From Alkalispirochaeta sp. (GTDB taxonomy: Bacteria > Spirochaetota > Spirochaetia > DSM-27196 > Alkalispirochaetaceae), in NCBI GenBank assembly GCA_965601925.1, contig OZ271854.1, forward strand, positions 2,720,001-2,784,000: 64,000 nt of DNA, given 5' to 3'. The notes under the pieces were generated by a model, which was not told the DNA's origin, made no database searches, and saw nothing but the letters and a program-made list of their open reading frames with translations. Below are positions 58,474 through 64,000 of the stretch, piece after piece; position 1 is the first letter of the stretch, and each line of letters starts with the position of its first letter. The position numbers and the translations under genes were made by a program.

Positions 58474-60267
58474 TTAGAACAGCGTAACTTCCCCGGCCTC
58501 TACACTCTCGCCGATATCGACGCCGCTCAACTGTCCGACGCGCTGTTTGTCGGAGAAGATCGTAAAGCGCTCAATGATCTCTCGGAGTCGATCGTTTTCG
58601 ATCGTCCACGAATCGAGGCCGCGACGTGTGAGGACCTCGGTGTAGCGCGTCTCGATCTCCGCCTCCATCTTTTGCAAATCGACCTTGAGATTGCGAATCT
58701 CTTCGCTGAGCGACGAGAGGCGACGGCCGTTCTCCTTGCTCTGTTCAAAGACGCGATGAAACCCGTCGGTGAATAGTGAGAACTCCGCCACGTTCCGGGC
58801 CACCGCCTCGCGGCTCTCCGAGAGGGCTTGATATCGCGATCTCATCTTCGAACTGAAGTGCTCGACGAACTCGTGCTCTTCCTCTACGTGGTTCCGATGG
58901 CCGACGATCACGACGCTGACGGACTTGATGAAATCCCGCGTTGAACGGAGTGACTGGTCGACGTCGCTTTCGATCTGGCGCGTGAGTGCAGTCATCTGTT
59001 CAGCGGTGCTACCCATCGACCGGAGCACCTCCTGCTTGGCGACCTCGATGCGACTGGCGATATCGATGCTGTGAAATCGAGTTACCAGCGTATTGAAGCG
59101 ATGGAATTGCTCCTCCAAGCTTTCGACGTTTCTCGTAATGGACGTCGATCGATCGACCAAGCTCTCTTTGTTGCGCATGTTGCGGTCGAGGTCGGCGATT
59201 AACTCCTGCAGGACGGCCGACGCCTTCTCGAAGAGCGTGTCAAGGGATTGCTCTTCGATCCCGAGGGCATCGGGCAGTTGTCCGCGGGTGAAGCGCCGTT
59301 GGTTCTCTTCCAGCTGCGCGCGCTTCTGTTCGGCCTCCTCGGTAAGGCGGAGGAACGTGCTGATGCTCCCGTCGATCTGTTCCGCGACATCCTCTATGAG
59401 CGACGAGGCGAGGGCCGGAATCTGACGTGTAAAGGCCAGTTCGTCGAGAAGCTTGTCGTCGTTCTCGACCTCATCCTCGGAGCGGATCTTTTCCAGCGCC
59501 AAGATGATGTGGTCGATCGACTGGCGTATCAGATCCTGAAGCTGGATCGCCTCCATCATGCCGTTCACCGGTTCGCGAAGTTGTTCGGACTCGCTCCTCA
59601 GAGCGCGTAAGCCCTCGACGGTCGCCTCGACTGCGGTCTGTACCTCGTGAAAACTCGAGAATATTCTATTCTCGAAACTGTCGATGAGTTGTTGTTGGAA
59701 GCCCCTTGCATCGGTCAACAACGTCTCGAGGTTGCGAAAGCTCTCGATGAGCTCGCGGCCTTGGGCGGCGATATTCCGCGAAAGGTCGATCGTCCGGGCT
59801 GCGAGGCGCTGCAACTCTTCGGTAATGAAGCTGAAGGCGCGTCCCGCGTTGCCCGCTTTCAACGCCACGGTCATCGCGTTGAGGGAGACCAGTTCCATAT
59901 CCTCGCTATCGACGGTGATATGCGTGATCGAGTGAGAGATCTCTTCCAGTTGGCTTATACCGGACTGAATCTGCTCGAACAGTTCGCCGTCGTGCTCCGA
60001 AATCTCGCGAAATCGGTCGGCGCCGCTGCGCATCTCCTTGCTTGCCTGGGCGACCAACGAGGAGATCATGAGTTGGTCCGTGCACCCCGCCTCGTGGTGG
60101 CCCATCGAGCAGATCGCCTCTTCCGACTGCTCGAAGCTCTGACGCATCTCTCGAACCAACGCCGGAAGGCTCTCGGCCAACGCTAAGAAGATTCGTTCCG
60201 TATGTCCTTCAATCTCTTTTAATGCGCCGATTAGCTGATTTCGCAGAGCGAACGAAACATAACTCAT
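58474..60267 (-). CDS. Soluble coiled-coil chemoreceptor-like protein
   Basis: LVSLNA...KAG.AGRAF..I.EE..RLA (degenerate MCP hairpin), IQLQDLIRQ.IDHI and C-terminal GEVTLF. No TM helices. Start ATG 60267. Confidence 0.75.
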   Translation of the reverse strand: MSYVSFALRNQLIGALKEIEGHTERIFLALAESLPALVREMRQSFEQSEEAICSMGHHEAGCTDQLMISSLVAQASKEMRSGADRFREISEHDGELFEQIQSGISQLEEISHSITHITVDSEDMELVSLNAMTVALKAGNAGRAFSFITEELQRLAARTIDLSRNIAAQGRELIESFRNLETLLTDARGFQQQLIDSFENRIFSSFHEVQTAVEATVEGLRALRSESEQLREPVNGMMEAIQLQDLIRQSIDHIILALEKIRSEDEVENDDKLLDELAFTRQIPALASSLIEDVAEQIDGSISTFLRLTEEAEQKRAQLEENQRRFTRGQLPDALGIEEQSLDTLFEKASAVLQELIADLDRNMRNKESLVDRSTSITRNVESLEEQFHRFNTLVTRFHSIDIASRIEVAKQEVLRSMGSTAEQMTALTRQIESDVDQSLRSTRDFIKSVSVVIVGHRNHVEEEHEFVEHFSSKMRSRYQALSESREAVARNVAEFSLFTDGFHRVFEQSKENGRRLSSLSEEIRNLKVDLQKMEAEIETRYTEVLTRRGLDSWTIENDRLREIIERFTIFSDKQRVGQLSGVDIGESVEAGEVTLF

Positions 60268-60303
60268 ATAGGTGAAAGCATAGTGCTTCCCATGGTGAGG
60301 CGC

Positions 60304-60344
60304 AACTGAAATGGGCCGCCCATATGAGGCGGCCCGTTGCAGTT
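60304..60344 (-). terminator. Probable intrinsic terminator of the MalK-type ATPase gene
   Basis: GGGCCGCC-N7-GGCGGCCC stem extended by AACTG/CAGTT, about 20 nt past the stop at 60363; weak U-tract. Confidence 0.55.
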
Positions 60345-60362
60345 CGTTACCGAATCCGAACG

Positions 60363-61481
<1,119 letters not shown>

Positions 61482-61603
61482 GTAACTCCTCCTACAGAGT
61501 TTATTTTATGTCGGTCCAGTGTAGGGGCAGTTACTGCTCCTGTCAAACGGCATTCGTGCGCGTCTCCGGGGTGCCGCTGCGATCCCTCGCGCATCATCCT
61601 GTG

Positions 61604-61633
61604 GTAGCCGTAGCCGTAGCCGTAGCCGTAGCC
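61604..61633. repeat. Hexanucleotide tandem repeat (GTAGCC)5
   Basis: Five perfect GTAGCC copies in the ATPase-feoA intergenic region. Confidence 0.9.
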
Positions 61634-61877
61634 GTCGGCAAAGGAGCGCAAGCCTCCGCCGCCTACGATTAGCCGAGCGGCCTCCGGCGCGTCGGTCATC
61701 AGACGGACGGGTGACCGCGGCGCCGTGCGCGATCCCGCGGATCGCTGCTCGCCGCGAACGTGTGCCCCCGGCGGACGCGACCTTCCGACCCGGAACGGTC
61801 TGCACGAGCGGTCGACGCCGCCACCCGCCCGCATTCGTAGTTACAACACGCACCTACAAGGATACGCCGTTCCTCGG

Positions 61878-61943
61878 TTGACAGACCCCACGGGTGACGA
61901 TAGAATTAAGGCATACTTACTTAAATAGGCGAGGCTAATTTCC
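61878..61943 (+). promoter_or_regulatory. feoAB promoter with putative DtxR/IdeR-like boxes
   Basis: TTGACA (61878), 17 bp, TAGAAT (61901), followed by TAAGGCATACTTA and TAGGCGAGGCTAA. Confidence 0.55.
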
Positions 61944-62003
61944 CGCCCATCTCATGCATAGAAGGTGGAATGGGTGAGATTTCCTGTGCGCATCGGAGGA
62001 TAT

Positions 62004-62249
62004 ATGGATAAGAGACGTGTTCGCGATCTGGCCGTCGGCGAGACCGCCCGGGTGGCGGGGTATGAGGGGGGACGTACGCCGTACCGCGCCAAGCTCCTTT
62101 CGATGGGACTTACCAGGGGCACGGAGCTTAAGGTGCTCCAGTTCGCTCCCCTCGGCGACCCGGTGGAGATTGAGGTCAGGGGCTTTAGCCTCTCTCTCAG
62201 GCGCGAGGAGGCCGACGCACTCATTCTCGAAGACGGGGTAGGTGCATAA
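62004..62249 (+). CDS. feoA: Ferrous iron transport protein A
   Basis: KLLSMGL..G, APLGDPVEI.VRG..LSLR..EA; GGAGGA SD. Confidence 0.95.
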   Translation: MDKRRVRDLAVGETARVAGYEGGRTPYRAKLLSMGLTRGTELKVLQFAPLGDPVEIEVRGFSLSLRREEADALILEDGVGA

Positions 62250-64000
62250 TGGCGGTCGCCACACACCCGATCACCGTCGCCGTCGCGGGAAATCCCAATA
62301 GCGGCAAAACGACGCTTTTCAACGGTCTCACCGGGAGCCGGCAGCGCATCGGAAACTGGCCCGGCGTCACCGTCGAGAAGAAAGAGGGTTCGGTCAAGTT
62401 CGATGCCTACAGCGAGCTGCTGGTGTCACCCTTCGTACCGTCTCCGGGACACACCGATATCGCCCACGAGGGAGACGTTTCGACTTCGGAGGGCACGGTT
62501 CACCTGGTCGATCTGCCGGGCATCTATTCCATCGCCGCATCGTCTGAGGACGAGGTTATCGCCCGTGACTATCTGCTGAGCGGTGAGGCCGACATGGTCG
62601 TCAATATCGTCGACTCTACCAATTTGGAGCGCAATCTCTATCTGACGTTGCAACTCATCGAGATGCGCGTGCCGGTTCTGGTGGTGTTGAACATGAGCGA
62701 CTTGGCGGAGAAGAGGAGTATCACGATCGACGCGGAGCACCTATCGGAACACCTCGGCGTACCGGTCGTTGCGGTAAGCGCGGTCCAACGCGAAGGCGTG
62801 CGCAAAGTCAAAGAGGCTCTCGCGGAAGCCCTTCGTTCGCGCAAGATCTCCGATACGGCGATCACCTATCCCGACCCCATCGAGCGTCAGATCGGTACCT
62901 GGGCGCCCCTGTTGACCTCCGTCGCCGGCGAGCTCGGCGCGCAGGAGCGTTGGGTCGCGGTCAAGCTGCTCGAGATCGATCCGTGGGTCACCGATCGAGT
63001 CGTCGCCGCCGGTGCGATCGAGCGAGACGAGATCGCCGCCACGATCTCCGGGATTGAAGCGGAACTCGACGAGGAGGCGGACGTGCTGTTGGCCGACGCC
63101 CGCTACGGATTCATTCACGGGCTCAGTCGCGACGTTATCAAGCGTAAGCTCGACCGCCGACAGGCGACCAACGCCGTCGACCGAGTGGTTATGAATCGCT
63201 TCCTCGGTATTCCCATCTTTCTCGGCGTCATGTATCTCGTCTTTTGGTTTACCATTTCCGTCGGCGGTGCCTTCATCGATTTTTTCGATATCTTATTCGG
63301 CGCCGTTTTTGTCGACGGGTTTGCTGCGCTGTTGGACGGGATCGGCTCTCCCGGCTGGCTCACGGGTATCCTGGCAGGGGGTATCGGCGCCGGTATTCAG
63401 ACCGTCGCAACCTTCGTACCCATTATCTTCATGATGTTCTTGATGTTGGCGCTCCTCGAGGATTCCGGCTATATGGCACGAGCCGCCTTCGTCATGGATC
63501 GCTTCATGCGCTCGATCGGACTTCCCGGAAAGTCCTTCGTGCCGATGATGGTCGGGTTCGGTTGTACGGTACCGGCAATCATGGGAACACGTACCCTTGA
63601 GAGCGAAAAGGATCGCTTCATGACGATTTTTATGTCGCCCTTCATGAGCTGCGGCGCCCGTCTTCCGGTGTATGCGCTCTTCGCGGCGGCATTTTTTCCC
63701 CGAAGTGCCGGCGTGGTGACCTTCTCGCTCTATGTCGCCGGTATCGTCCTCGCGATTCTCACCGGCCTGTTTTTGAAGTTGACGATCTTCAAGGGGGCGG
63801 CCTCACACTTTGTGATGGAGCTTCCGCCGTACCACGCGCCGCGTGTCGGGCACATCCTACGCCACGCCTGGCACCGGCTGCGCGTCTTCGTCGTTCGTGC
63901 CGGTGTAACGATCATCATCGCCGTCTCCGTACTCGCGTTCTTCAACTCTCTCGGTACCGACGGCAGCTTTGGGAACGAGGACAACGAGCTGTCGGTCCTG
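62249..64000 (+). CDS. feoB: Ferrous iron transport protein B, 3'-partial
   Basis: My translation from ATG 62249 (TAATG overlap): GNPNSGKT, NWPGVTVE, DLPG, LEDSGYMAR, GFGCTVP and MSCGAR. Runs off the window, so it is absent from the ORF track. Confidence 0.95.
   Translation, partial: MAVATHPITVAVAGNPNSGKTTLFNGLTGSRQRIGNWPGVTVEKKEGSVKFDAYSELLVSPFVPSPGHTDIAHEGDVSTSEGTVHLVDLPGIYSIAASSEDEVIARDYLLSGEADMVVNIVDSTNLERNLYLTLQLIEMRVPVLVVLNMSDLAEKRSITIDAEHLSEHLGVPVVAVSAVQREGVRKVKEALAEALRSRKISDTAITYPDPIERQIGTWAPLLTSVAGELGAQERWVAVKLLEIDPWVTDRVVAAGAIERDEIAATISGIEAELDEEADVLLADARYGFIHGLSRDVIKRKLDRRQATNAVDRVVMNRFLGIPIFLGVMYLVFWFTISVGGAFIDFFDILFGAVFVDGFAALLDGIGSPGWLTGILAGGIGAGIQTVATFVPIIFMMFLMLALLEDSGYMARAAFVMDRFMRSIGLPGKSFVPMMVGFGCTVPAIMGTRTLESEKDRFMTIFMSPFMSCGARLPVYALFAAAFFPRSAGVVTFSLYVAGIVLAILTGLFLKLTIFKGAASHFVMELPPYHAPRVGHILRHAWHRLRVFVVRAGVTIIIAVSVLAFFNSLGTDGSFGNEDNELSVL

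Noticed and set aside
61604..61633. Repeat as a CRISPR array, or as a GYGYGY peptide gene (ORF 61463-61834)
   Set aside because: The unit is 6 bp with no spacers and no cas genes nearby; the ORF lacks an RBS and runs over the MalK promoter.

Overview
A 64-kb window from a GC-rich bacterial chromosome. It is probably a free-living spirochaete, inferred mainly from a DUF3996/BAPKO_0422-like beta-barrel gene and the overall gene mix. I count about 58 CDSs and see no rRNA, tRNA, CRISPR array or mobile element. From left to right: a partial xylose-isomerase-like gene; a tightly coupled four-gene Ser/Thr signalling operon (unknown protein, metallophosphoesterase, Hanks-type kinase, membrane FHA-VWA-FHA protein) transcribed divergently from a paralogue of the unknown protein fused to an HU domain; a ROK-regulated amino-sugar-type cluster (PPi-PFK, SIS, PIG-L, aldose epimerases) with a long palindromic operator; a self-contained Gat-family PTS operon; a five-gene peptide/nickel-type ABC transporter; housekeeping genes (qor, fhs, crtI, djlA, galK, glgP, hom); a ParB-like plus SPL-like radical SAM pair; a TPR-SpoIID lipoprotein; an atypical soluble chemoreceptor-like gene with cheD; a MalK-type ATPase; and feoA with a partial feoB. 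The best candidate for an undescribed system is the 966-7398 kinase/phosphatase/FHA-VWA/HU-fusion locus. Many genes appear to have leaderless promoters. All functional calls come from recognising motifs by eye; no database searches were run.
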